DNA of 48,202 nt, from NCBI GenBank assembly GCA_025963875.1, contig JAOPZY010000102.1, forward strand, positions 1-48,202, in the 5' to 3' direction. This document shows, piece after piece, positions 1 through 9,369 of the stretch. The position numbers and the translations under genes are program-made. The notes under the pieces are model-generated. The model was not told the origin of the DNA. It searched no databases and was given only the letters and a program-made list of their open reading frames with translations. Source of the stretch: Actinomycetota bacterium. GTDB lineage: Bacteria; Actinomycetota; CADDZG01; JAHWKV01; JAOPZY01. The number at the start of each line of letters is the position of its first letter. Position 1 is the first letter of the stretch.

Positions 1-1
1 C

Positions 2-223
2 TATCACTCTCCAGAAGCCGTGGCCCAGTGGATAGAGGTGTTCGGCGGGATGGCGGAGCCGATGGTGCCGCGCACTCATGAGCAGGTCGGGCGCTACTTC
101 GACGGCATGGAGCTCGTCGACCCCGGCATCGTCAAGGCGGGCGAGTGGCGTCCCGACGCGCCGGGTGGGGCCCCGAGTCCTACGACCGGGTGGCTCCTAG
201 GGGGGGTCGCCCGAAAGCCCTGA
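2..223 (+). CDS. SAM-dependent methyltransferase (actinobacterial Methyltransf_19-like), C-terminal part; truncated by window start
   Basis: C-terminus RTHEQVGRYFDGMELVDPGIV..EWRPD...GGVARKP is typical of this family. Confidence 0.8.
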   Translation, partial: YHSPEAVAQWIEVFGGMAEPMVPRTHEQVGRYFDGMELVDPGIVKAGEWRPDAPGGAPSPTTGWLLGGVARKP

Positions 224-339
224 ACACCACAGGCCGAGGGTGCCACGCGGGCTCTTCGATCGGACCCTGCTGCGCGGAGAGGTTCGGTGAGTCTTCCGTG
301 TCTGCCACGGCTTTCTCGCGGGACCTCCCCGGCGAGGTC

Positions 340-770
340 CGTCCGGCGGCCGGGGCGACCCTCGACCTGACAGGAGGGACCCAGACGGCAACCAGCTTCG
401 AGACGGTCTTCCCGGCCTGCAAGGTGATCTTCGGCGCGGGCGCCTCGGGCCGAGCGGGGGCCTCGGGCGGCAGCGCTCGGTGCCCACCGGGTCCTCTTCG
501 TGTACTCGCCGAGCCTCCTGGCGACCCCTCAGGCGGCACCGGCCTTCCGTTCTTCTCGCTCCGCAGCTATGCCGGCAGCGACCTGCTCTCGGTCAACCCC
601 GCCATCAGCACGGTCGAGAGCCCCTACGGCGACGGCGCGGTCGCGGTCGTCCCGCCGCTGCGGCCCGACCTCGTGATCCTGTATGCCCAGCGTCGAGATC
701 GGCCTGGCGACGACGCGTATCGGGGTCGGCCGGGACATCGCCATGATCGTGGAGCGGCTCTCGTGACGGC
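340..770 (+). pseudogene. Degenerate CoA-transferase subunit A (GctA-like) remnant
   Basis: ORF 145..783 contains GLPFFSLRSYAGSDLLSVNPAISTVESPY..AVVPPLRPDLVILYAQRRD, resembling the family core; N- and C-terminal parts are eroded and there is no B subunit. Confidence 0.6.
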
Positions 771-801
771 GCGGTCCCCGTAGATCCCGCGTACGCTCGG
801 G

Positions 802-3800
802 CTATTGGACGTTGAGTGCGAAGTCGTCGACGACGAACGATGTCTGGAGCGTCGAGTCCTCCTGCCCGAGCAGGTAGATCTGGATCGTCTGGCCCTTGTA
901 GGCGCTGAGGTCGAGGGTCTTCTGCGTGTAGCCCGAGGCCGCATTGAGGTTGGAGTAGGTGGCGAGCGTCCCGAGCACCGTGCCGGATGGGTTGCGCACC
1001 TGCACCTGGAGGGTGTCGTAGGCGGTGGTGCTGCTGGTCTCGGCGGTGTCGATATGCAGCCAGAAGTTCAGCTGCGCGGTGCTGACGTTCGAGGGGACGG
1101 TGACCTGCTGGGAGAGGGTGTCGGTGTGGGTGGTGCCGTACCCGTCCAGCCAGGCGTCCCAGCTGCCGCTGTGCGGCGGTTCGGTGCTGGAATTGCCGAT
1201 CACGCCCGGCGTGGCCGCCCAGGGGGCGGGGTTGGTGGAGCCGTTCTCAAACCCGGGGTTCCCGATGAGCTGCGTGGGTGTGGACGCTGGGGTGGCGTTG
1301 GCTTCGTTGCTCTGACCGCTTTCGCCGACGGCGTTCACCGCGCTCACCTTGTAGAAGTAAGCCTGGCCGTTGGTGAGCCCGGTGTCTGTGCACGAGAGCA
1401 TGGCGCCGAGGCCGCTGCAGCCGCCCGCCGTCAGCGGCGTCTCTGCGCCGCTAGCCGTGCCGCGGTACACCTTGTAGGAGGTGATGGCGGAGCCGCCGTT
1501 GGAGGCGGGCGCAGCCCAGCTCAGCGACACCTGGGCGTTACCGGCCGTCGCGGCAAGGCCGGTGGGCGCGCCGGGGGCCGTCGCGACGCCAGTCTGCACG
1601 CCCACGTCGTCCACGGCCCAGCCGGAGTAGCTGCGGGGGTAGGTGTCGATGCTGTCGAAGCTGAACCGGACCTGGCTGCCGGTGGATTTGAAGGCGGACA
1701 GGTCGAGGCTGACCGGGGTGAAGGTCATCTGGGCCGGGTTCGTGCTGTCCCGGGTCCACAACGTCGTCCAGGCGCCGGTGGCGGTCTTGGCCTGGACCGT
1801 CATCTGGTCGGTGTGGCTGCTGTACGACTCGACCTGGTATTTCGTGTTGAACGTGAGGGTCGGCGACGCCGCTGTTGAGATGTCAAAGGCGGGGCTGGTC
1901 GCGAACCCGCTCGACCGCAGCGGGTTGTAGTTGCACGCCGAGGAGGAGTTGAACTGCAGCGAGTTCGGCACGGAGGCGGCGCCCAGGCAGTTGGAGCCGA
2001 CCCGCCACAGGCCCGTCGCGTTCCACCCGGCCGGGATCGCGGTGCCACCGTCGAAGTTCTGCAACAGCGGGTTGGCGACCGCGACCGGCGTGGCGCTCGC
2101 CTCGTTGCTCAGCTTGCCCTCGCCGAGGGCGTTCACGGCGCTGACCTTGTAGAAGTACGCCTGGCCGTTGGTGAGGCCGGTGTCCGTGCACGAGAGCACG
2201 GCGCCGAGACCACTGCAGCCGCCCGAGGTCAGGAGGCTCTCTGTGCCCGTGGACGAACCGCGGTAGACCCGGTAGGACGTGATCGAGACCCCCCCGTTGT
2301 TGGCGGGGGCCGCCCAACTCAGGGAGACCTGGCCGTTGCCGGGGCTCGCGGTCAGACCCGTGGGGGCGTCGGGCGGCGTCCCGGCGACGGGCGAGGCCGT
2401 GATGGTGACGCTCGACGTCGCCGTCTTCGCCGGCGCAGAACTGTCCGTGACCGTGAGGGTCGCGTTGTAGGTCGCGGCGGTGTTGTAGGTGTGGCTGGGG
2501 TTCTGGAGCGTGCTCGTCGCGGACCCGTCGCCGAAGTTCCAGCTGTAGGAGTAGGACGGGGTTCCGCCCGTGGCGGTGCCGGTGAAGGCGACGTTCAACG
2601 GGACCTGGCCGGAGGTCGGCGTGGCGCCGGCGGTGGCCGCAAGCGGGCTGCCGACTGCGGCGATAGTGATGGTGACGCTCGATGTGGCCGTCTTCGCCGG
2701 CGAAGAACTGTCGGTGACCGTGAGCGTCGCCGTGCAGGTGCATGCCGAGTTGTAGGTGTGGCTGGGGTTCTGGAGCGTGCTCGTCGCCGACCCATCGCCG
2801 AAGTTCCAGCTGTAGGAGTAAGGGGCTGTGCCGCCGGTGGCCGAGCCGGTGAAGGACACGCTCAGCGGGGCGTTGCCCGTCGTCGGCGTGCCGGAGGCCG
2901 TGGCCGAGAGCGGGGTGGCGCCCTGGACCCAGAGGTCCTCGAGGGGGTCGCCGAGCCCCCCCTGGTCGGCGGTCGTCATGGGGAATGTCGCAAGGCCGAT
3001 GTTGTTGTTGGGGTCGATGACGCCCGGGTGGACGTTCTGCATCGTGCGCTCCATCGCGGCCAGCACGTTGTCCGTCGTGTAGGCCACGTGGCTGACGTAC
3101 TGCTGCTTCATGTAGGTCGGCGATGCGATGACGACGGTCGGGACGCGGTAGGTGTTGCTGATGTGGTCCGGGCCGTTGTTGCCGTTCTGGGTGTCGTCTT
3201 CCGTGACCACGATGAGCGTGTTGTCCTTGTAGGACGCGTTGTTCATGATGGAGTCGACGATCTGCTTCGTGACGGCGTCGTTCTTCGGGATGTTCTGGTA
3301 CGTGCCCGGATGGTCGTTGAAGAGCTCGACGTAGGAATAGGCGGGCAGGCCGTTCGCCGTTACGAAGTTCATGTAGTCGTTCGCGATGGTCTGGTCGTCG
3401 TCGTTCTGGCCGCAGCACGTGTAGTGGTTGTAGTTGAGCTCCTCCGGGATGCTCGTGCCGGGCCGGTTGACCGGCAGCGCTTCAACGGCGTTGGTGGCCG
3501 GGTTGCGCCAGTACCCGCTGCCGGTGTTGAGCATCCAGTAGAAGTCTCCGTTCATGATGAACGTGTAGCCGCCGGTGGGGCTCTTCAGGAAGCGGTCGAA
3601 CTGCGTCCCGCCGGCGGTAGGGTAGGACTGCTGCTGCGAGTGGGAAGACGACTGGGCCGAGAAGAGCCACCAGTGGTTGGGACCGCTCGGGGGCTGCGTC
3701 CCCGTGCTGTAGGTGTCCATCAGCGCGTTGGCCTTGGCAAGCGTGTGGAGGTTGGGCACGGAACTGATGTGGTTCGTCCCCTGCACCACGCCCTTGCAGC

Positions 3801-4308
3801 CGGCCTGGATCGTGGTGGCGCAGTCGCCGAGGTAGTCGTCGAATGTGTGGTTCTCCCGGTAGAGGATCACGAAGTGCTGGAACGGCGGGAAGTAGGGGGC
3901 GAGCGGGTTGGACGTCGCCGCCGGTTGCAGCACCGCCTTCATGAGCTGGTTGCAGGTTCCGTTTTGGCACGTGGGGACCGGCATGACCGTCTTCTTGTTG
4001 TTGATGTTGAAGTTGTTCGGCTGCTGGAACCGCGCGAACTCGACGCCGTTCGCGGCGAATTTGGCGCCGGTGCAGTTGTAGTCGTCGCGCTTGTACGTCT
4101 GTGGGCGCTGGCCTTCGGGAAGATCGCTGGCGTCGTTGGGGTCGGTGTTGGGGTTCCAGCCCTTGAGTGTGCACGAGCCGACGCCCGTCGCCGGATGCGC
4201 GCCGTCAGCTTCGGACCGACGCAAGGAGATGCCCGTCACGGCGGTGAGGGTAATCAGCGCCAGCAGGCCAGGGACTACGAACATCCAGGGAACTTTTCTC
4301 ATGAACAT
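802..4308 (-). CDS. Secreted phosphoesterase (AcpA/phospholipase C family) with 2 PKD, 2 FN3 and two beta-sandwich/carbohydrate-binding-like domains
   Basis: N-terminal hydrophobic signal; ENHTFD, PSGPNH, NDHP and TEDD motifs; PKD (YSWNFGDG) x2; FN3 (LSWAAP..YFYKVSAVN) x2; ATG 4308 with GAGGG upstream (TTG 4332 is an alternative start). Confidence 0.85.
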   Translation of the reverse strand: MFMRKVPWMFVVPGLLALITLTAVTGISLRRSEADGAHPATGVGSCTLKGWNPNTDPNDASDLPEGQRPQTYKRDDYNCTGAKFAANGVEFARFQQPNNFNINNKKTVMPVPTCQNGTCNQLMKAVLQPAATSNPLAPYFPPFQHFVILYRENHTFDDYLGDCATTIQAGCKGVVQGTNHISSVPNLHTLAKANALMDTYSTGTQPPSGPNHWWLFSAQSSSHSQQQSYPTAGGTQFDRFLKSPTGGYTFIMNGDFYWMLNTGSGYWRNPATNAVEALPVNRPGTSIPEELNYNHYTCCGQNDDDQTIANDYMNFVTANGLPAYSYVELFNDHPGTYQNIPKNDAVTKQIVDSIMNNASYKDNTLIVVTEDDTQNGNNGPDHISNTYRVPTVVIASPTYMKQQYVSHVAYTTDNVLAAMERTMQNVHPGVIDPNNNIGLATFPMTTADQGGLGDPLEDLWVQGATPLSATASGTPTTGNAPLSVSFTGSATGGTAPYSYSWNFGDGSATSTLQNPSHTYNSACTCTATLTVTDSSSPAKTATSSVTITIAAVGSPLAATAGATPTSGQVPLNVAFTGTATGGTPSYSYSWNFGDGSATSTLQNPSHTYNTAATYNATLTVTDSSAPAKTATSSVTITASPVAGTPPDAPTGLTASPGNGQVSLSWAAPANNGGVSITSYRVYRGSSTGTESLLTSGGCSGLGAVLSCTDTGLTNGQAYFYKVSAVNALGEGKLSNEASATPVAVANPLLQNFDGGTAIPAGWNATGLWRVGSNCLGAASVPNSLQFNSSSACNYNPLRSSGFATSPAFDISTAASPTLTFNTKYQVESYSSHTDQMTVQAKTATGAWTTLWTRDSTNPAQMTFTPVSLDLSAFKSTGSQVRFSFDSIDTYPRSYSGWAVDDVGVQTGVATAPGAPTGLAATAGNAQVSLSWAAPASNGGSAITSYKVYRGTASGAETPLTAGGCSGLGAMLSCTDTGLTNGQAYFYKVSAVNAVGESGQSNEANATPASTPTQLIGNPGFENGSTNPAPWAATPGVIGNSSTEPPHSGSWDAWLDGYGTTHTDTLSQQVTVPSNVSTAQLNFWLHIDTAETSSTTAYDTLQVQVRNPSGTVLGTLATYSNLNAASGYTQKTLDLSAYKGQTIQIYLLGQEDSTLQTSFVVDDFALNVQ

Positions 4309-4412
4309 TGACTGCCCTCGCTTCCTCGTCAAATCGGGCGTATTGGTCGTAGTGCCTATCTAGTTCCGGCGGGGTAGCGCCGTCAAGAGGCGCGCGTGAA
4401 CGTTGGGAAAGA

Positions 4413-4453
4413 GTTCACAGTGCGTTCGCAGGCAGTTCGCAGCCCGTTCGCAG
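4413..4453. promoter_or_regulatory. Four 11-bp-period direct repeats GTTC(A/G)CAG, PHO-box-like (OmpR/PhoP family site)
   Basis: gttcacag 4413, gttcgcag 4424, 4435, 4446; upstream of the phosphoesterase gene. Confidence 0.65.
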
Positions 4454-4521
4454 AGGCGGACGCTGGGACCACCGAGCGCTGCCCGCGGGAGACTCCGCCA
4501 CCGTGTGGCACCATGCATGGG

Positions 4522-4899
4522 GTGGACGAGATCCGGATCGACCGCTGGCTCTGGGCGGTCCGCGTGTACAAGACGCGATCCCTCGCGACCCAGGCCTGCA
4601 GAGGGGGCCACGTCAAGATCAACGGCGCTCCGGCGAAGCCCGCCAGCCTCGTACGGTCCGGTGATCGGGTGTCGGCCTTCACGGGGCGCGAGCGAGTGCT
4701 GGAGGTGGTGCGCGTCATCGAGACACGCGTCAGCGCCTCAGTAGCCAGCGAGTGCATCGTCGACCACAGCCTGCCCGCACCACCGCGAGAGATGCGGTCA
4801 TCCGGGCTGGTCTGGGGGCCGGGGGCGGGCCGGCCGACGAAGAAGGCTCGCCGCCAGATCGACCGGTTGCGGAGCCGCTCCTTACCGCCGCCAAACTGA
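4522..4899 (+). CDS. hslR: RNA-binding S4 domain protein, Hsp15 family
   Basis: RIDRWLWAVRVYKTRSLA...GHVKING..KPA and C-terminal GAGRPTKKARR; start GTG 4522 or ATG 4513. Confidence 0.9.
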   Translation: MDEIRIDRWLWAVRVYKTRSLATQACRGGHVKINGAPAKPASLVRSGDRVSAFTGRERVLEVVRVIETRVSASVASECIVDHSLPAPPREMRSSGLVWGPGAGRPTKKARRQIDRLRSRSLPPPN

Positions 4900-4958
4900 T
4901 TCCCGCCGGGTCACGGGCGCCCGCTGAGGCGTGCTCGGCGGCGCCTCTCGGCACGCCA

Positions 4959-5034
4959 CCCAGGGGCCGGAGGAGGAGGTTGGGAGCCTAGCGCGCGGAT
5001 GCGCGCGATTCGCTCCCATCTTCGGATCAGAGGG
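4959..5034. repeat. Palindromic intergenic repeat, copy 1 (REP-like)
   Basis: caggggccggaggaggaggttgggagcctagcgcgcggatgcgcgcgattcgctcccatcttcgga; near-identical copies at about 14525 and 39337. Confidence 0.85.
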
Positions 5035-5155
5035 CGGGCATCAGGGCTAGGCTTCTGCCTGGAACGTCAACACCGCTGGAACGCTGACGGAACGTGGCCA
5101 GCCCGTTTGTGCCCGACCTTTTCCGACCAATTGTCCGGTTTCCGGCCCGGTGTCC

Positions 5156-5172
5156 ACACAGAATTCTCACAG
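5156..5172 (+). promoter_or_regulatory. ACACAG-N5-TCACAG direct repeat, putative OmpR-family operator
   Basis: acacagaattctcacag; 16/17 identical to the site at 12701-12717 (minus strand). Confidence 0.5.
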
Positions 5173-5254
5173 CATTGGCAGGAACGCCCCCAAGCGGACG
5201 AGCCCACCACTCAGAGTGCTGAATGGCATTCATTCTGGGAGTCGACCCGCCTTT

Positions 5255-5370
5255 TCGCGGGTCGACTATCACGACCACAACTGGGGCAATGTCAGTCTGA
5301 GGAGGTGGTGCACAACTGGTACTGGGCTCGCGGTGAAGCCGGGCCGTATTCGGTCGTCGCGTGCGCATCG
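5255..5370 (+). pseudogene. Frameshifted fragment of an AttH/CrtC-like (lipocalin-fold hydratase) gene
   Basis: YHDHNWGNVSL in one frame continues as EVVHNWYWARGEAGPYSVVA in another frame. Confidence 0.55.
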
Positions 5371-5936
5371 CCGCCAAGCTGGCGCACTTCGACGGTGCCT
5401 ATCTGCGATTCGCCGGTGACATCGAGATCCCACGGCATCGCGGTGGTGATTGGCCGAGACCCACAAGGACGACGCGATCTGGGAACTGATGTACTTCGGA
5501 CACGCCCGCGACCAGTAGCGCCGGGGCCGAACACGAATCGGACTCGTCTCGTTCGCTGGCCGATTGCCCGAGGTGGGGTCGGTGTCAACGACCGGACCTC
5601 GTCTGCGGACCGTACCTCGCGTGAGCGAGCCTGCTCGACGCGGCCAGCGAGGGCGCCTGGTACTTGTCGGCCGAGCTCCTCCGTCGGAGTCCGCTGACCT
5701 CGATCGGTGCTTCGCGGAGGGCCGAGTGCGGGCTATTGCTTGTGTGCCAAGGGGATATCAGTCGGTCAAAGTCCATATGCCTGTGCCGGCCACCCACGAG
5801 GTATGAAATGGCGTGTGCCCCTACTGGTGGAGTTGGAGGTTAGGTTAGTCGCCTATCGCGCGTATCTGCGCGATCACGGACTATCCTCGTGGCCACGGGG
5901 TCTTCTGGGCGCGCGATGCCACCTTGATGCGGTATT

Positions 5937-6236
5937 TCACCCCAGATCGGCGAGTTTCTGCTCAAGCGAATCAACCTTGCTGGTCAGCCCATCGGTAACG
6001 CTGGGACGTATATCGGCTTTCAGCACGACAGACACGCGGGGGGCCATTTCAGCCACCGCTTCGACGGCTCGCTTCACGACATCCATGACGTCGTCCCAGT
6101 CACCCTCGATCGTGGTGAACATCGCGTCGGTGTGGTTGGGAAGCCCACTGGAGCGAACCACTTGCACGGCCCGGGCGACCAGGCCAGAGACTCCCTCCCC
6201 GACGCCCAAGGGAGTGACGGAGAACGCCACGATCAT
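5937..6236 (-). CDS. MTH1187/UPF0045 thiamine-binding family protein
   Basis: [15 protein letters not shown]...SGLP...[21 protein letters not shown] upstream. Confidence 0.9.
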   Translation of the reverse strand: MIVAFSVTPLGVGEGVSGLVARAVQVVRSSGLPNHTDAMFTTIEGDWDDVMDVVKRAVEAVAEMAPRVSVVLKADIRPSVTDGLTSKVDSLEQKLADLG

Positions 6237-6474
6237 GACAACTCCTCCATCGTTCCTTGAGGTGCTTCACCTCTCCGGGCAAGTGGATCCTAGTCCACCC
6301 CGTTCACAATCGATCCCAGTGTTCCGGCGTACGCGCCAAAGAAGGAAGCAAGGGACCTTTCCAACAGATGGGAATTGATGTCGATGCATCGGGTGTCGTC
6401 CATCTCGGCAGTTGCCTGATTCCCGAGAGAACCGTATCGTGCGTTCAAGATAGAACGGGTCTCGAGAGGGGTTC

Positions 6475-6813
6475 GTGCGGGCGAGCCGAGGAGCTGGACG
6501 TCCCGTGGACAGGCGTGAGGGCTTGTGGCCGCCCGTAGTACCAAGCGTTGTCATCGTCGAGTTCTTGTCCGGTCGGCCGAACCGGGGCGCAAGGACGAAC
6601 CGGTTCCTCAAGGTGTGCGATGTCGAGGTGGCTCTCTCTGAGATTCGTGCCAGACGGGCCGCGCTACTCCGGAGCAAGACCGGCCGCGGATCCGCCGTTG
6701 ATGCCGTCGTTGTTGCGACGGCGGAGCCCGGCGGGACGGTCCTCACCGGTGACTTCGCAGACCTGAATGCCCTTGCCGCGCACGCGGAAGACGTGCTGAT
6801 CGAGCGGTTGTGA
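6475..6813 (+). pseudogene. PIN-domain (VapC-like) ribonuclease, apparently N-terminally truncated; no intact antitoxin upstream
   Basis: VVPSVVIVEFL, SAVDAVVVATA and VLTGDFADL supply later PIN acidic residues; the first catalytic D motif is absent from the frame. Confidence 0.6.
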
Positions 6814-6888
6814 TTGCCGTGAGCTTGACCCCTGTGCCCGGCCCTCCGACGCGATCTCACTGAATCGTCCGGAAGCCGGGGGAGTCGG

Positions 6889-7311
6889 TCAGGCCGTCGG
6901 TGCGGCCGTCGTCTGTCCTACCTCGATGAGATGGCCGTCGGGGTCCCGGATGTACGCCCGGATTTCGACTCCGTGGTCTTTCGGTTCCGTGAGGAACTGA
7001 GCGCCCCTCGCCGACCATTCGCTGTAGGCCGCCCGGATGTCGGCGACCCGGAGGTTGAGAAAGGCGCTGGTGCGATCGGGGTCCGGTGGTGTCGTCAGCG
7101 TGACCGTCGGCTTGTCGTCCGTCGGGCCGCCGCCGACGTTGAGGATGAGCCAGGTGTTGACGAGCTTCATGATCACGGGATCCCGCTCCCGTACCACGGT
7201 AGCGCCGAAAACGGTCTGGTAGTAGTCACGCGACCGGTCCTGGTCGGAGACCACGAGGAACTGTGTGACCACGAAGCCCTGCTGGGGCCGGGGAGCGTCG
7301 TCCGGATTCAT
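6889..7311 (-). CDS. VOC/glyoxalase family protein
   Basis: LVVSDQDRSRDYY..VFG; YIRDPDGHLIEV; ATGA overlap with the upstream sigma gene. Confidence 0.9.
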   Translation of the reverse strand: MNPDDAPRPQQGFVVTQFLVVSDQDRSRDYYQTVFGATVVRERDPVIMKLVNTWLILNVGGGPTDDKPTVTLTTPPDPDRTSAFLNLRVADIRAAYSEWSARGAQFLTEPKDHGVEIRAYIRDPDGHLIEVGQTTAAPTA

Positions 7312-8222
7312 GGCACCTCCTTGAGTTGGGATCCCAGCAACCCGTTCCGCTCCGGGTCGGCGAGGACATTGATCGTCGTGATCAGCCCGGCCTTCATCGT
7401 CAGCAGCAGGATCGCACTCAGTTGCCGCTCGGCGAACGCCAGCACGATCGTATGACCACCCACAGGGTTGGAGGCCATGGTCGTCCCGCCGAAGAAGCGC
7501 AGCACGTTGGTGGCGACCTGCTGCGATCCTCTGACCACGATGCCCGAACGCCGGTCACCGGGGCCGAGGTCCACGGCGCCCCACACCTGCGGGTCCAGGA
7601 GCCGGACCAGCCCGGCGATGTCCCCGTTCGAGCAGGCCTGGATGAACTGTTCGGCCGCGACCCTGTCCTCCGGCGCATTGACCACAGGTCCCTCTCGGCC
7701 GTCCGCGGCTTCGATCTTCAGACGTGCCCGCCGTGCGAGCTGGCGGCACGTCGGGGCCGGGCGTCCCACGGTGCCCGCGATGGTGTCGAACGGCACCTGG
7801 AAGATGTCGTGGAGGATGAACACGACGCGCTCGATCGGGCTCAGGCGTTGCAGCACCACGAGCATCGCCAGGCGCACGTCGTCGTCGAGGGTGACGCGGT
7901 CGGCGGGGTCGGTCGGCACCGGCCCGATCGGGGCCATGCCTGCCCCCTCGATGTCGGCGACCTCGCGTGCCTGCTCCCGGCGGGAACGCGCTGACCGGAT
8001 CTGGTCGAGGCAGATGCGGCTGGTAACCACCGTCAGCCATCCGCGGGCGTCCTCGATGGCGTCGAATGCGGCACCGGCGAGCCGCGTGTACGCCTCCTGC
8101 ACCGCGTCCTCGGCCGCCCCGATATCGCCCAGCATCCCGAAGGCGAGGCTCACCAGGTAGGTGCGATTGGCGCGCCAGGCTTCGGCGAACTGGTCTGCGG
8201 TTGGCGTCTCGATCGTTCCCAC
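7308..8222 (-). CDS. ECF sigma factor, ECF41/SigJ-SigI type with C-terminal SnoaL-like extension
   Basis: AEDAVQEAY, WLTVVTSRICLD..RSAR, LSPIERVVFILHDIF, CRQLARRAR; C-terminal D..GLVRLLDP...DPER. Confidence 0.9.
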   Translation of the reverse strand: MGTIETPTADQFAEAWRANRTYLVSLAFGMLGDIGAAEDAVQEAYTRLAGAAFDAIEDARGWLTVVTSRICLDQIRSARSRREQAREVADIEGAGMAPIGPVPTDPADRVTLDDDVRLAMLVVLQRLSPIERVVFILHDIFQVPFDTIAGTVGRPAPTCRQLARRARLKIEAADGREGPVVNAPEDRVAAEQFIQACSNGDIAGLVRLLDPQVWGAVDLGPGDRRSGIVVRGSQQVATNVLRFFGGTTMASNPVGGHTIVLAFAERQLSAILLLTMKAGLITTINVLADPERNGLLGSQLKEVP

Positions 8223-8263
8223 CTTGTGCCGTCCTCCCGTGCGATCCGTCCCTACCGCTGTAC

Positions 8264-8290
8264 GACGAGGTCGGGGACTGGAATGTGACG
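8264..8290 (-). promoter_or_regulatory. ECF41-type promoter (cGTCACA-N16-CGTC) driving the sigma gene
   Basis: Minus strand cgtcaca ttccagtccccgacct cgtc; 16-nt spacer matches the TGTCACA-N16-CGTC consensus. Confidence 0.7.
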
Positions 8291-8305
8291 ACGTGACAGA
8301 CAGGG

Positions 8306-8332
8306 CGTCACGAATCCCAGCGCCATGTCGTC
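8306..8332 (+). promoter_or_regulatory. ECF41-type promoter (cGTCACG-N16-CGTC) driving the CMD-VOC-nitroreductase operon
   Basis: cgtcacg aatcccagcgccatgt cgtc. Confidence 0.7.
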
Positions 8333-8389
8333 CTCATTGCACCGCCACCCGGGAGGCCCGGGGGGATGCCGAGGACAGGGAGCCTGCAC

Positions 8390-8941
8390 ATGGATCGCAT
8401 ACCTGCTCACACGATCGACGACGCCCCGGACGCCTCCCGACCCCTCCTCGGGTCGTTTGCCGCCAGCTCGCCGACGGGAGCGCCACTGCGCTTCCAAGCC
8501 CAGATGGCGCAAGCGCCGGCCGTGCTCGCATCCTACGCATCGCTGCGCCGGGCCATCCAGGAGCTCGGGACGCTTGCTCCCAGGGATCGGGCGGCCATCA
8601 TCGCTGCCGCATCCTCGGCGTTCGACCTCGAGTACGTTCGGGCCGTCACCGCCCGCATCGGATTGGGCGCCGGCTGGTCGCCGGACGTCGTGACCCGGCT
8701 CCAGGCAGGCACCGGCTCGGGGGACCCGAAGCTCGACGCCCTGCTGGCCGTGGTGGTGTCCGCCGCCAGAACCACCGGGAAGGTCAAGGACGCCGTCTGG
8801 CAGCACGCCCGGGACAGCGGGTGGTCGGACGCCCAGCTTGCCGAGTCCTTCGCGTACCTGGGCGTCGTTGTCTACACGGCCTACTTCGTCGCCTTCGCCG
8901 AGACGGAGCTGGACCCGGCCCTTGCGGCCGTGCCGGCCTGA
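8390..8941 (+). CDS. Carboxymuconolactone decarboxylase/AhpD-like protein (no CxxC)
   Basis: HTIDDAPDASRPLL...MAQAPAVLASY...GTL; GWSDAQLAE; typical ECF41 neighbour. Confidence 0.85.
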   Translation: MDRIPAHTIDDAPDASRPLLGSFAASSPTGAPLRFQAQMAQAPAVLASYASLRRAIQELGTLAPRDRAAIIAAASSAFDLEYVRAVTARIGLGAGWSPDVVTRLQAGTGSGDPKLDALLAVVVSAARTTGKVKDAVWQHARDSGWSDAQLAESFAYLGVVVYTAYFVAFAETELDPALAAVPA

Positions 8942-8958
8942 ACGTAGAGGAGACACCC

Positions 8959-9348
8959 ATGCAGCTGGTGCAGGCCCGGGTGGTGACCGAAGAGGTGCAA
9001 GGGCTCGCTGGGTTCTACGCCCGCCTGGTCGGGGCGGACGTCGTCGTGAACGACTACTACGTCGAGGTGCCGGCCGGTGCCATGTCGGTCGGCTTCTCGA
9101 AGCCGCGGTTCACCGAGTATCCGGACCCGATGGCAGCCCGGCCGGCGGCCCCCCCTCCCGGCCGTTGCCACGTCGTGCTGGACTTCCTCGTCGACGACGT
9201 CGACCAGGAGTTCGACCGCATCGATTCCCTCGGCGTCTGCTGGGTTCTCCTGCCGACCACCCAGCCGTGGGGGAACCGCTCCATGGTGTTCCGGGACCCC
9301 CAGGGCAACCTGGTCAACGTCTTCTCACGCCCGAGCCGCACGGCGTGA
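8959..9348 (+). CDS. VOC/glyoxalase family protein
   Basis: VDDVDQEFDR...PTTQPWGNRSMVFRDPQGNLVN; GAGGAG RBS. Confidence 0.9.
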   Translation: MQLVQARVVTEEVQGLAGFYARLVGADVVVNDYYVEVPAGAMSVGFSKPRFTEYPDPMAARPAAPPPGRCHVVLDFLVDDVDQEFDRIDSLGVCWVLLPTTQPWGNRSMVFRDPQGNLVNVFSRPSRTA

Positions 9349-9369
9349 CACGCCCGAAAGGAGATCAAG

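Noticed and set aside
805..4311. Long plus-strand ORFs (805..1878, 2491..4311) and similar long antisense ORFs elsewhere (e.g. 33505..35277, 36731..38011)
   Set aside because: Shadow frames of real high-GC genes; no recognisable motifs
5590..5740. Possible Phd-like antitoxin remnant (DLDRCFAEGRVRA)
   Set aside because: Similarity too short to support without a search
5820..5850. TGGTGGAG as a reverse tRNA/tmRNA 3' end (att site)
   Set aside because: No TTCGA T-loop at the expected distance and no integrase nearby
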